Assembly: GCA_902536485.1 (NCBI GenBank)
Contig: CACAXP010000002.1
Location: 11,618 to 75,617, forward strand
From: an uncultured Alphaproteobacteria bacterium
Lineage (GTDB): Bacteria > Pseudomonadota > Alphaproteobacteria > Methylaequorales > Methylaequoraceae
DNA: 64,000 nucleotides
Direction: 5' to 3'
Program-made: the position numbers and the translations under genes
Notes under the pieces: generated by a model
Told to the model about the DNA's origin: nothing
Database searches by the model: none
Seen by the model: only the letters and a program-made list of their open reading frames with translations
Shown here: positions 17,849 through 26,106 of the stretch, one piece after another
How positions within the stretch are numbered: the first letter of the stretch is position 1
How the letters are laid out: each line of letters begins with the position of its first letter

Positions 17849-18792
17849 GATTCATTAAAAAGTTCAGTTGATAAATATCTTTCAGCAAATGAAGGAACAA
17901 TTATTACGCTACAATGATTTTGCATCTCTTTTCTTTCATGAATCTCAATAGCTGCAGCCACAACAGCACCAGTAGATATCCCACCAGGAATTCCTTCGCA
18001 CTTAGCTAATTCTCTAGAAAAAAAAAAAGCCGAGTTATTGCTGATTGAAAGTGTCTCATCAATAATACTTATATCTAAATTTTTAGGAACGAAGCCAGCA
18101 CCTATGCCCTGGATTGAATGTGATCCAGCCTCTTTTCCACTAATAACAGCTGAGTCCTCTGGCTCAACAGCAATAATTTTGATTTTTTGATTTTTTTCTT
18201 TTAAAAAAGCACCAATTCCAGAAATTGTTCCTCCTGTACCTACACCTGATATCAAATTATCAATTTTACCTTCAACGCTATCCCATATTTCTTTTGCAGT
18301 TGTATTATAATGTATAGAGGGGTTAGCTTTATTAGAAAATTGATCAAGAATTATACTGTTTGATATATTTTTATTAATTTGTTTTGCTTTGTCAATTGCA
18401 CCAAACATTCCCATTTCTTTTGGAGTGAGAATAATTTTTGCCCCAAAAAAATTAAGCATTTTCTTTCTTTCTATAGACATACTTGAAGGCATTGTTAGAA
18501 TTAGTTTATAGCCTTTAGTTGCACATACAAATGCCAATGCAATACCTGTATTCCCCGAGGTGGGTTCAATTATTGTTGTCTCAGAGTTTATTTTTTTTTC
18601 CTTCTCAGCTTGATTAATCATTGCTAAACCAATTCTATCTTTTACTGAACCAAGTGGATTGAAGAATTCAAGTTTAGCAATTATTTCACCATTAAATTTA
18701 AACTTTTTTTTAAGATTTTGAAGTCGCACCATTGGTGTGTTCCCAATAGTTTGGTCAATAGAGTCAAAAACTTTTTTATTTTTAAATAACAA
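17845..18792 (-). CDS. cysK: Cysteine synthase (O-acetylserine sulfhydrylase, PLP-dependent)
   Basis: 315 aa with NPLGSVKDRIG (PLP lysine), TSGNTGIALA and GVGTGGTISG. Confidence 0.9.
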   Translation of the reverse strand: MLFKNKKVFDSIDQTIGNTPMVRLQNLKKKFKFNGEIIAKLEFFNPLGSVKDRIGLAMINQAEKEKKINSETTIIEPTSGNTGIALAFVCATKGYKLILTMPSSMSIERKKMLNFFGAKIILTPKEMGMFGAIDKAKQINKNISNSIILDQFSNKANPSIHYNTTAKEIWDSVEGKIDNLISGVGTGGTISGIGAFLKEKNQKIKIIAVEPEDSAVISGKEAGSHSIQGIGAGFVPKNLDISIIDETLSISNNSAFFFSRELAKCEGIPGGISTGAVVAAAIEIHERKEMQNHCSVIIVPSFAERYLSTELFNES

Positions 18793-19237
18793 AATCTACT
18801 TTCTTATTTGAATTATCTTTATTCTTTTGTTTGTACTGATTATAGATATCCTCGACTGAAATTTTATTTAGATAAACCATAGATTCCTCAAGAAATTTAT
18901 TTATCAAAGGTTGAATAATTATTTTAGAAATATTTGATTTATATAATTCATTTACTTCTTTTTCTGTGGTAACAGATTTAATAATATCCAAAATTTTAAT
19001 TTTCCTTCTTTCTTTCGCTAAACGATATCCACCTCGAGGACCTCTAGAAGCAACTAAAATATTATTTTTTACTAAAATTTGAAGAGTTTGTTCTAAATAT
19101 CTTTTGGGAATTCCCTGTCTTTTAGCTACAGCTAGGTTTTGAACTGGGTTAACTCCTGCATTCAGAGCTATGTCTAAAACAGCTTCGATTGCGTAAATGA
19201 TTCTTTTTTGTATTTTGAACAAATTACCTCTACTCAA
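18782..19237 (-). CDS. Rrf2-family transcriptional regulator without any cysteine (CymR-like)
   Basis: 151 aa. Rrf2 winged-HTH N-terminus (RIIYAIEAVLDIALN...VAKRQGIPKRYLEQTLQILVKNNILVASRGPRGGYRLA). The translation contains no Cys, so no IscR/NsrR-type Fe-S ligands. Confidence 0.8.
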   Translation of the reverse strand: MSRGNLFKIQKRIIYAIEAVLDIALNAGVNPVQNLAVAKRQGIPKRYLEQTLQILVKNNILVASRGPRGGYRLAKERRKIKILDIIKSVTTEKEVNELYKSNISKIIIQPLINKFLEESMVYLNKISVEDIYNQYKQKNKDNSNKKVDFVI

Positions 19238-19680
19238 TCCAAGCCGGTTGAACCAAAACCTCCTTTGTCCCTATCTGTTTTGGAAAGAGTTTGTGATTCA
19301 ATAATTTCTATTTCAGGAAGTTTTTGAAAGACAATCTGAGCGATCCTCATACCTCTTTCAATATTAAAAATATTTTTACCATGATTTATCAATATAACCC
19401 CTATCTCCCCTCTGTAATCTGAGTCGATTGTCCCGGGAGTATTCAAAACAGTTACTTGATTTTTTAGAGCTATTCCTGACCTTGGTCTTACTTGAGCTTC
19501 AAAGCTAATCGGTAATTCTAATGAAAAACCACAAGGAATTAATTCTGTTTCATTAGGTTTTAAAGATTTTTTATCAAGGATTGCTGCTACTAAATCAAAT
19601 CCAGCGCTACCTAATGTGGCTTTTTGGATTTTGTAGAGACCTTTACCATTTTCTAAAGTCTTAAATAAGATTTCATTCAT
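19234..19680 (-). CDS. dut: dUTP diphosphatase
   Basis: GSAGFDL, PRSGIALK and GTIDSDYRGEIGVIL motifs. I place the start at ATG 19680 (MNEILFK...) rather than the track start 19716, which would overlap the coaBC 3' end. Confidence 0.9.
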   Translation of the reverse strand: MNEILFKTLENGKGLYKIQKATLGSAGFDLVAAILDKKSLKPNETELIPCGFSLELPISFEAQVRPRSGIALKNQVTVLNTPGTIDSDYRGEIGVILINHGKNIFNIERGMRIAQIVFQKLPEIEIIESQTLSKTDRDKGGFGSTGLD

Positions 19681-19684
19681 AATT

Positions 19685-20887
19685 TTATAACTTATAGTTT
19701 TTAAAAAAAGAAACAATTTTTTTTACTAGTTTTCTAGCAACAATTCTTTTTGTCATAATCTTCCACTCCTCTATATTATTTTTTTCAATAAAAAAAACTT
19801 TATTTTTTTCTGATTTAAATCCATAGGCGTTCGTAATTTTATTAGCGATCATCCAATCGCATTTTTTACTTTGAAATTTTTTTTTGGAATTACTCAATAA
19901 ATTTTCTGTTTCTGCTGAAAAACCAACAACTAGTTTTGGCCTTTTTTTGTGCGTGCTTATTGATTTTAAAACATCTTCGCTTAACTTAAAATCAAAACTA
20001 GTAGATGTTGATTTTTTTTTAAGCTTATTTTTTGAAATATTTCTGGCTTTCCAATCTGATATCGCTGCAACTGAAATATAAATATCAGCTGGAAGTTTTT
20101 CTACTGATTTTTGTAAAAATTCATCACTAGATTCTACAGAAATAAATTCAACATTTGAAGGTGGCATGAGCTTTGTAGGGCCACTAATCAAAGTAGTCTT
20201 TGCACCAAAAAAGGATAATGCTTCTGCAATTTCATATCCTTGTAATCCTGAAGAAAAGTTTCCTATAAACCTTATCGGATCAATCTTTTCAATTGATGGT
20301 CCTGCTGTCACAATTGCATTTTTTCCTTGGAGCTTTTTTTCTGAGAAAAAAAGATTTAAATTTTCCACAATCATATCTACATCCATTAGCTTTCCTTTTC
20401 CTTTAGTTCTACATGCTAACTTTCCTGATTGAGGAGATAATACGGTTACACCAATTTTTTTTAAGTTATTTATATTGTTCTTTACAGCTTTATTTTCCCA
20501 CATATTTGTATTCATCGCAGGTGCAACTATTTTGGGTTTATTTGAGGCAAGCATAACGTTTGTTGCAAGATCATCAGCTACACCATTGGAAATTTTTGAA
20601 ATAAAGTTTGCAGTACATGGTGCTACTAAAATAATTTCAGCATTATTAGCTAATTTTATATGGTTCATATTTTTCTCTTGGTCTAAGGAAAATAAATTCG
20701 AGCTAATCTTTTTTCCCAACAAACTTTCGAATGTGATTACTTTTACGAATTCTTGTGCGTTAGAGGTCAACACACATTCAACATTACTTTTTTTATCTTG
20801 GAGTCTTCTTATAAGATCTAATGCTTTGTAACAAGCAATTCCTCCAGTTACAATTAGAAGAATTTTTTTATCTTTAAGAAAGTTCAT
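19685..20887 (-). CDS. coaBC: Bifunctional phosphopantothenoylcysteine decarboxylase / phosphopantothenate-cysteine ligase
   Basis: 400 aa. Flavoprotein N-domain (ILLIVTGGIACYKALDLIR, PAMNTNMW) and CoaB C-domain (NFSSGLQGYEIAEAL). Confidence 0.92.
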   Translation of the reverse strand: MNFLKDKKILLIVTGGIACYKALDLIRRLQDKKSNVECVLTSNAQEFVKVITFESLLGKKISSNLFSLDQEKNMNHIKLANNAEIILVAPCTANFISKISNGVADDLATNVMLASNKPKIVAPAMNTNMWENKAVKNNINNLKKIGVTVLSPQSGKLACRTKGKGKLMDVDMIVENLNLFFSEKKLQGKNAIVTAGPSIEKIDPIRFIGNFSSGLQGYEIAEALSFFGAKTTLISGPTKLMPPSNVEFISVESSDEFLQKSVEKLPADIYISVAAISDWKARNISKNKLKKKSTSTSFDFKLSEDVLKSISTHKKRPKLVVGFSAETENLLSNSKKKFQSKKCDWMIANKITNAYGFKSEKNKVFFIEKNNIEEWKIMTKRIVARKLVKKIVSFFKNYKL

Positions 20888-21605
20888 TTTTTTTTGAAAT
20901 ATGAATTGCGGCTACGCCATCAATAATATCAATTACTTTAACATTTTTGAATCCTGCTTGTGTTAATTTTTTTGTAAGTTGAATTTGATTTGGAAAATTT
21001 AGTATACTTTCAACTAGGTACTCATAAGCAAATTTATTGTTTGCGAATAATAAACCAAGCTTTGGAATAGCTTTAAAATATGTCTTTAAAATTTTTCTAA
21101 AAAAAGGGCTGTTTACCTCACTGAATTCTAGACAAATAAATGTACCTGTTTTTTTTAAAACTCTATTAATTTGCTCAAGAGACTTTGGGATATCATTAAA
21201 ATTTCTCAAACCAAAACTTACAATAACATAGTCAAAAATAGTTTTTTTAAAGGGTAAGGTTTCGGCATTTCCATAAATGTAAAAAGGTTGACTTGAATAA
21301 AGCTTTTTTTTTGCAATCTCTAGCATTTCCATATTAGCGTCAAGAGCTATACATTTGCAGTTAAATTTTTCTTGTATTTTCATTGAAATATCTCCAGAAC
21401 CTGATGCAAGATCTAGAACTAAAGAGTCTTGACTTATTTCTAACAGTGAAATGACTTTCTCCTTCCAAATTCTATGCATACCAATGCTCATTAAGTCATT
21501 CATAAAGTCATACTTCATTGAAACACTAGAAAAAACACGGTTTACAAATTTTTTTTTCATAATTTTTTTAGTGTTTTTTATTTTTTTTGAGTTACTATCG
21601 AACAT
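20874..21605 (-). CDS. ubiE: Ubiquinone/menaquinone biosynthesis C-methyltransferase
   Basis: 243 aa with YDFMNDLMSIGMHRIWK and the SAM motif LDLASGSGD. N-terminal length agrees with remembered Rickettsia UbiE, which supports the start at 21605. Confidence 0.9.
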   Translation of the reverse strand: MFDSNSKKIKNTKKIMKKKFVNRVFSSVSMKYDFMNDLMSIGMHRIWKEKVISLLEISQDSLVLDLASGSGDISMKIQEKFNCKCIALDANMEMLEIAKKKLYSSQPFYIYGNAETLPFKKTIFDYVIVSFGLRNFNDIPKSLEQINRVLKKTGTFICLEFSEVNSPFFRKILKTYFKAIPKLGLLFANNKFAYEYLVESILNFPNQIQLTKKLTQAGFKNVKVIDIIDGVAAIHISKKNELS

Positions 21606-22425
21606 GCCAGAGTTACCTGAGGTAGAGGTTGTGAGATCTTTTTTGGAATCTCGCGTTATTGGGAAAAAAATTCTAAAAGTTTCAACTGTTAATGAAAAAT
21701 TAAGATATAAAGTCCCTTCAAATTTAAATTTAAGTTTAAAAAACTTGATAATAACAAAAATTTTAAGAAGGGGTAAATATTTAATACTTTTCTTTAGGGA
21801 CTCTAAATTATGCTTACTAATTCATTTAGGTATGACTGGATACTTTCGTTTAAGTGATGAATTAGTTGAAAAAAAGCATGATCATGTAATTTTTTTTTTG
21901 ACAAAGAAAATACTTATTTTTAATGATATAAGGAAATTTGGATTTATTAAAATTTACTGTAATAACGAAATTTTTTTATCTTCACATCTTAGAAATATGG
22001 GGGTTGAACCATTAAGTAAAGATTTTAACTTAAATTATTTTAATTCTTTTAGAAAACGAGCTGTTGATCTAAAAGGTTTGTTAATGAACCAATCTTTTAT
22101 AGCAGGTCTAGGAAATATTTATTGCTCCGAGATTCTTTATGATGCAAGACTTAGTCCTTTAAGAAAGATTAATTCCTTAAATAATTTAGAAATAAGAAAT
22201 ATCGTTAAATCTACCAAAAAAATTTTGAAAAAGGCAATATCTTTTGGGGGAACAACTATTAAAAACTTTATTGTTTCAGAAGAAAAAATTGGTTACTTTA
22301 AAAATAAGTTAAAGGTTTATTCCAGAGATAAAAAAAATTGCTTAAGATGTTTAAAAGGGATACTTATTAAAAAAATTAGACAAAATGGAAGGTCAACGTT
22401 TTTTTGCGAAAAATGTCAAAAATAA
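21604..22425 (+). CDS. mutM: Formamidopyrimidine-DNA glycosylase
   Basis: The true start is ATG 21604, giving MPELPEVE (N-terminal Pro is catalytic). C-terminal zinc finger CLRC...FFCEKCQ. The track's 51-aa N-terminal extension is antisense to ubiE. Confidence 0.92.
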   Translation: MPELPEVEVVRSFLESRVIGKKILKVSTVNEKLRYKVPSNLNLSLKNLIITKILRRGKYLILFFRDSKLCLLIHLGMTGYFRLSDELVEKKHDHVIFFLTKKILIFNDIRKFGFIKIYCNNEIFLSSHLRNMGVEPLSKDFNLNYFNSFRKRAVDLKGLLMNQSFIAGLGNIYCSEILYDARLSPLRKINSLNNLEIRNIVKSTKKILKKAISFGGTTIKNFIVSEEKIGYFKNKLKVYSRDKKNCLRCLKGILIKKIRQNGRSTFFCEKCQK

Positions 22426-22427
22426 AA

Positions 22428-22775
22428 ATGTATAAATCGATGAAAGTTTTAATTTTTACTTTTTTATCTTTTCAAGTTATTGCAGAAGAATTTGTTTATG
22501 GACTTGGAGATATTCCAATCTTTAAAGATATGAGCAGCATAGAGGACTCTTATATTATTTTTGACAAGGTTGATGGCAGATATCTTTATTCTGAAATAAA
22601 GGGTAAGTATGAAATTTTAGAAATTCAAGAGTATTACAAGAAGGTTTTACCGAATCTAGGTTGGAAATTTTTTGAAAAAAATTCCTTTGTTAGAGCTGAT
22701 GAAATTCTAGAAATTCAATATCTTATTGATGATGAGGAAACTAAAGTAGTTTTTACCATTTCGCCAAAAAAATAA
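22428..22775 (+). CDS. Hypothetical secreted protein
   Basis: Signal-peptide-like N-terminus (MKVLIFTFLSFQVIAEE). No family recognised. Candidate starts are ATG 22428 or 22440; the TTG at 22404 overlaps mutM. Confidence 0.45.
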   Translation: MYKSMKVLIFTFLSFQVIAEEFVYGLGDIPIFKDMSSIEDSYIIFDKVDGRYLYSEIKGKYEILEIQEYYKKVLPNLGWKFFEKNSFVRADEILEIQYLIDDEETKVVFTISPKK

Positions 22776-22786
22776 TTAAAATGCCC

Positions 22787-22815
22787 TTGACCCAATATGA
22801 TTAGGACAGTATAAA
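22787..22815 (+). promoter_or_regulatory. Candidate promoter of rpsT
   Basis: TTGACC (22787-22792), 17-nt spacer, TATAAA (22810-22815). Only 8 nt separate the -10 element from the rpsT ATG, and there is no SD. Confidence 0.5.
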
Positions 22816-22823
22816 ACCTGATT

Positions 22824-23090
22824 ATGGCTAATATTAAATCGGCAAAAAAACGAATTTTGCAAAATCAAAAACGTGCAGAAATTAAAAATTTTAGGCTTTC
22901 TAGAATTAGGACTGGGATAAAAAGCTTTGAATCGTCAGTTATCGGAAATAGAAAAGTTAATTTAAAGGAAAATTTCCTAAAGCTAGAGGCAGAAATTTCT
23001 AGAGCTGCTACAAAAGGTTTTTTGAAAAAAAATACAGCATCTAGAATTGTTTCAAGATTGTCTAAAAGGCTGAAATCAAGCCCAAAATAA
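22824..23090 (+). CDS. rpsT: 30S ribosomal protein S20
   Basis: 88 aa. MANIKSAKKRILQNQKRAEIKNFRLSRIRT is a typical S20 N-terminus. Confidence 0.93.
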   Translation: MANIKSAKKRILQNQKRAEIKNFRLSRIRTGIKSFESSVIGNRKVNLKENFLKLEAEISRAATKGFLKKNTASRIVSRLSKRLKSSPK

Positions 23091-23159
23091 ATTATTTTTT
23101 GTTTCAGTTGATTCAGATATTGTAATTAGCTAATCTTAACTCTTTTGTAGGAAATTATT

Positions 23160-23582
23160 ATGAATTTAGATTATGCGGGTGATCTTTCACCACGCGAAAC
23201 TTGGGGCAAAATCAAAGAAAATGCGGATTGTTTCTTAGTTGACTGCCGGACCTCAGCTGAATGGTCTTTGATTGGAGTCCCCGATTTAGATTCTTTAGAG
23301 AAAAAAGTAATATTTATAGAATGGCAAATCTTCCCTACAATGGAAAAAAACCCAAGATTCCTCCAAGAAATAAGTGAAACCGATTTAAAAAAAAATTCAA
23401 AAATCATCTTTTTATGTAGATCTGGGGCACGTTCAAGATCTGCAGCAGAATTTTTGACTTCTCATGGCTATGAAAGTTGTTTCAATTGCTCTGAGGGGTT
23501 TGAAGGAGTTCATGACAACTTTGGTCATAGAAGCAAGGTAAATGGTTGGAAATTTCATAATCTTCCATGGAAGCAAGGATAA
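23160..23582 (+). CDS. Single-domain rhodanese-like sulfurtransferase
   Basis: 140 aa with the active-site loop CRSGARS in FLCRSGARSRSAAEFL. Confidence 0.8.
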   Translation: MNLDYAGDLSPRETWGKIKENADCFLVDCRTSAEWSLIGVPDLDSLEKKVIFIEWQIFPTMEKNPRFLQEISETDLKKNSKIIFLCRSGARSRSAAEFLTSHGYESCFNCSEGFEGVHDNFGHRSKVNGWKFHNLPWKQG

Positions 23583-23588
23583 TCAATT

Positions 23589-24980
23589 ATGAACATAAAA
23601 TCGCAAGATAAAAACCTTGTAGAAATACAAGCTCAATGGGTTACAGTTCGAGGAAGAATTAGACAAAAAATAGGAGATGCACAATTCAAAAGTTGGATAA
23701 AAGTTTTATCCTTTGAGGATTATGATGATCATAAAGTTATTTTAAGTGTTTCAAGTAACTTTATCAGAACAAGGATCATAGAACAGTATTTAGACATTAT
23801 TAAGAGTTATTGGCTTGTAGAAAACTTAAAAATAAATGATATACAAATAATTGTATCCAAGAATAAATCAGGAAAGGATTTAAAGAAAAACTTGGAGCAT
23901 AATGTAAAAAAAAATGAGAGTAAAAGTCTTAACAATGATCAAGATGTTTTTAAATCTATTAGTTCAGATTTAGACACTAGGTTTACATTTTCAAACTTCA
24001 TTGTTGGAAAACCCAACGAGTTAGCATTCGCTGCGGCTAGAAGAGTTTCTGAAGCTAAGGATGTTCCTTTTAATCCTTTATTTTTATATGGTGGTGTTGG
24101 ATTAGGTAAAACTCATTTAATGCATGCAATAGCGCATGAAATAAAAAAAAGAAACCCTTTAAGAAGGGTAATTTACATGTCTGCTGAAAGGTTTATGTAT
24201 CACTTTATAAAAGCCTTAAGATTTAAAAATACAGTTGCCTTTAAAGAGCAATTCAGAAATGTTGATGTTTTGATGATTGATGATGTTCAATTTATTTCAG
24301 GAAAGGACTCTACTCAAGAGGAGTTTTTTCATACCTTCAATGCATTAATTGACCAAAATAAACAACTTATAATTTCTGCTGATAAATCACCGCAAGATCT
24401 CGAGGGTATTGAGGAGAGGATGAGATCAAGATTAGGATGGGGTTTAGTTGCGGATATTCATCCTTTAAATTACGAATTGAGGCTTGGAATTCTTCAAGCT
24501 AAGTCAGAAAAATTAACAGCAAAAATTTCTGAAAATATTTTAGAGTTTTTAGCCCATAAAATTACAACTAATGTAAGAGAGCTTGAAGGAGCATTAAATA
24601 GATTGTCTGCATTTTCCTCTTTGATTGGAAGTGAAATTAACTTAGATATGGTTCAGGATCTTTTAAAGGATCTCCTAAAATCTTCGCAAAAAAAAGTTAA
24701 CATTGAGGAAATCCAGAAAAAAGTTTCCCAGCATTTTAATATTAAGATGTCTGACATGAGTTCTGCTAGGAGGTCTAGGACAGTGGCTAGGCCTAGACAA
24801 GTTGCAATGTATTTATCAAAAAATCTTACGTCAAGATCTTTACCTGAAATTGGAAGAAGGTTTGGAAACCGTGATCACACAACGGTCATTCATGCAGTTA
24901 AAAAAGTGGAGGAACTTAGAAATAAAGATGCATCTTTTGATGAGGATGTTCAATTACTTATAAGAATGTTGGAATCATAA
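23589..24980 (+). CDS. dnaA: Chromosomal replication initiator protein DnaA
   Basis: 463 aa. Walker A GGVGLGKTHLMHAI, LMIDDVQF, and DNA-binding domain RPRQVAMYLSKNLTSRSLPEIGRRFGNRDHTTVIHA. Confidence 0.97.
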   Translation: MNIKSQDKNLVEIQAQWVTVRGRIRQKIGDAQFKSWIKVLSFEDYDDHKVILSVSSNFIRTRIIEQYLDIIKSYWLVENLKINDIQIIVSKNKSGKDLKKNLEHNVKKNESKSLNNDQDVFKSISSDLDTRFTFSNFIVGKPNELAFAAARRVSEAKDVPFNPLFLYGGVGLGKTHLMHAIAHEIKKRNPLRRVIYMSAERFMYHFIKALRFKNTVAFKEQFRNVDVLMIDDVQFISGKDSTQEEFFHTFNALIDQNKQLIISADKSPQDLEGIEERMRSRLGWGLVADIHPLNYELRLGILQAKSEKLTAKISENILEFLAHKITTNVRELEGALNRLSAFSSLIGSEINLDMVQDLLKDLLKSSQKKVNIEEIQKKVSQHFNIKMSDMSSARRSRTVARPRQVAMYLSKNLTSRSLPEIGRRFGNRDHTTVIHAVKKVEELRNKDASFDEDVQLLIRMLES

Positions 24981-24994
24981 CATTTGAATTAATC

Positions 24995-26098
24995 ATGGAA
25001 TTTTCAATTACAAAAAAAAGTTTACTCGATTGTTTAAGTCACTTTCAAAGTGTAGTTGAAAGAAGGAACACAATCCCAATCCTTTCCAACTTAAAAATTA
25101 ATGCTATAGAAGGTGGCTTGAGTCTAACAGCTACCGATTTGGCTTTAGAGCTCTCAGAAAGTCTAACAGCAAATGTCACAGCAACAGGTGGTATAACGAT
25201 TCCGTCACAACTCTTTTTTGAGATTATAAGAAAAGCACCTGATTCATCTCAAATATCTCTAAAGCAAGACGATAAAAGTGGTTCGGTAATTGTTTTTTTT
25301 GGAAAATCGAAATTTTCACTTCCAACATTACCTGTTGAAGATTTTCCAGTTATGGATTCTGATAATTTAGATGCTGAAATTACTTTAAAGGCAAATGATT
25401 TAAAAATGCTAATAAATAATTCTAAATTTTGTATGGGACTTGACGAATCTAGGCAATACTTGAATGGTATTTTTCTTCATACTAATGGAGAATTTATTTT
25501 AGCTGTCGCAACAGATGGACATAGACTTTCTAAATGTTCAGTTACAGGAAAATTGGATAAAAAATTTGATGGGATAATTATCCCTAAAAAGTCAGTCTTT
25601 GAGATTTCAAAACTTTTAGAGGATTATGATGAAAATATTAAAATAAATTTTTCAAAAACCAGAATTAAACTTAATTTTGGTAATGTGCAATTTGTTTCAA
25701 AACTAATTAATGCGTCTTTTCCAGACTATGAAAGCGTAATACCAAAAGATAATGATCAAACTATGACAGTCGATTGTAAAAGCTTTAGTGAGACAATAGA
25801 TAGAGTCTCAACCATTTCTGATGATAAGTTGAGGACAGTAAAGTTTCAAATTTTAAATGGGAGTTGTACAGTTAGTTCGTTCGGTAACGATAAGTCCATA
25901 GGTACAGAGACACTGAATGTTGATTTTAACGGGTCTCAAATTTCAATTAATTTTAATGCAAGATATATTTTAGATGTTTTGGGAATAATAAAAAGCGGTA
26001 AGGTTAAATTTCATTTTTCTCAAAAAACTGCTCCTACAATTATTGAAAGTGATTCATTTAAAAATAACGTTTTTTTGATTATGCAAATGAGAGCATAA
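24995..26098 (+). CDS. dnaN: DNA polymerase III beta sliding clamp
   Basis: 367 aa. Three-domain clamp pattern (PILSNLKINA..., ...RFLLMPMR-like C-terminus FLIMQMRA). Canonical position after dnaA. Confidence 0.95.
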   Translation: MEFSITKKSLLDCLSHFQSVVERRNTIPILSNLKINAIEGGLSLTATDLALELSESLTANVTATGGITIPSQLFFEIIRKAPDSSQISLKQDDKSGSVIVFFGKSKFSLPTLPVEDFPVMDSDNLDAEITLKANDLKMLINNSKFCMGLDESRQYLNGIFLHTNGEFILAVATDGHRLSKCSVTGKLDKKFDGIIIPKKSVFEISKLLEDYDENIKINFSKTRIKLNFGNVQFVSKLINASFPDYESVIPKDNDQTMTVDCKSFSETIDRVSTISDDKLRTVKFQILNGSCTVSSFGNDKSIGTETLNVDFNGSQISINFNARYILDVLGIIKSGKVKFHFSQKTAPTIIESDSFKNNVFLIMQMRA

Positions 26099-26106
26099 CT
26101 TCTTTC

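Noticed and set aside
19681-19716. A 12-codon N-terminal extension of dut (MFLFLKTISYKI).
   Set aside because: It overlaps the coaBC 3' end. dUTPases start close to the MNEILFK-type beta-strand, and ATG 19680 leaves a 4-nt gap after the coaBC stop.
19884-21231. Plus-strand ORFs antisense to coaBC and ubiE (19884-20081, 20166-20432, 20475-20831, 21037-21231).
   Set aside because: All lie within coaBC or ubiE on the opposite strand. They are hydrophobic low-complexity translations typical of antisense frames.
21451-21603. The 51-codon N-terminal extension of the mutM ORF given in the track (MTFSFQILCIPML...).
   Set aside because: Fpg/MutM requires Pro2 as the catalytic N-terminus, and MPELPEVE begins at ATG 21604. 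The extension is antisense to the well-supported ubiE N-terminus and is Phe/Ile-rich low complexity.
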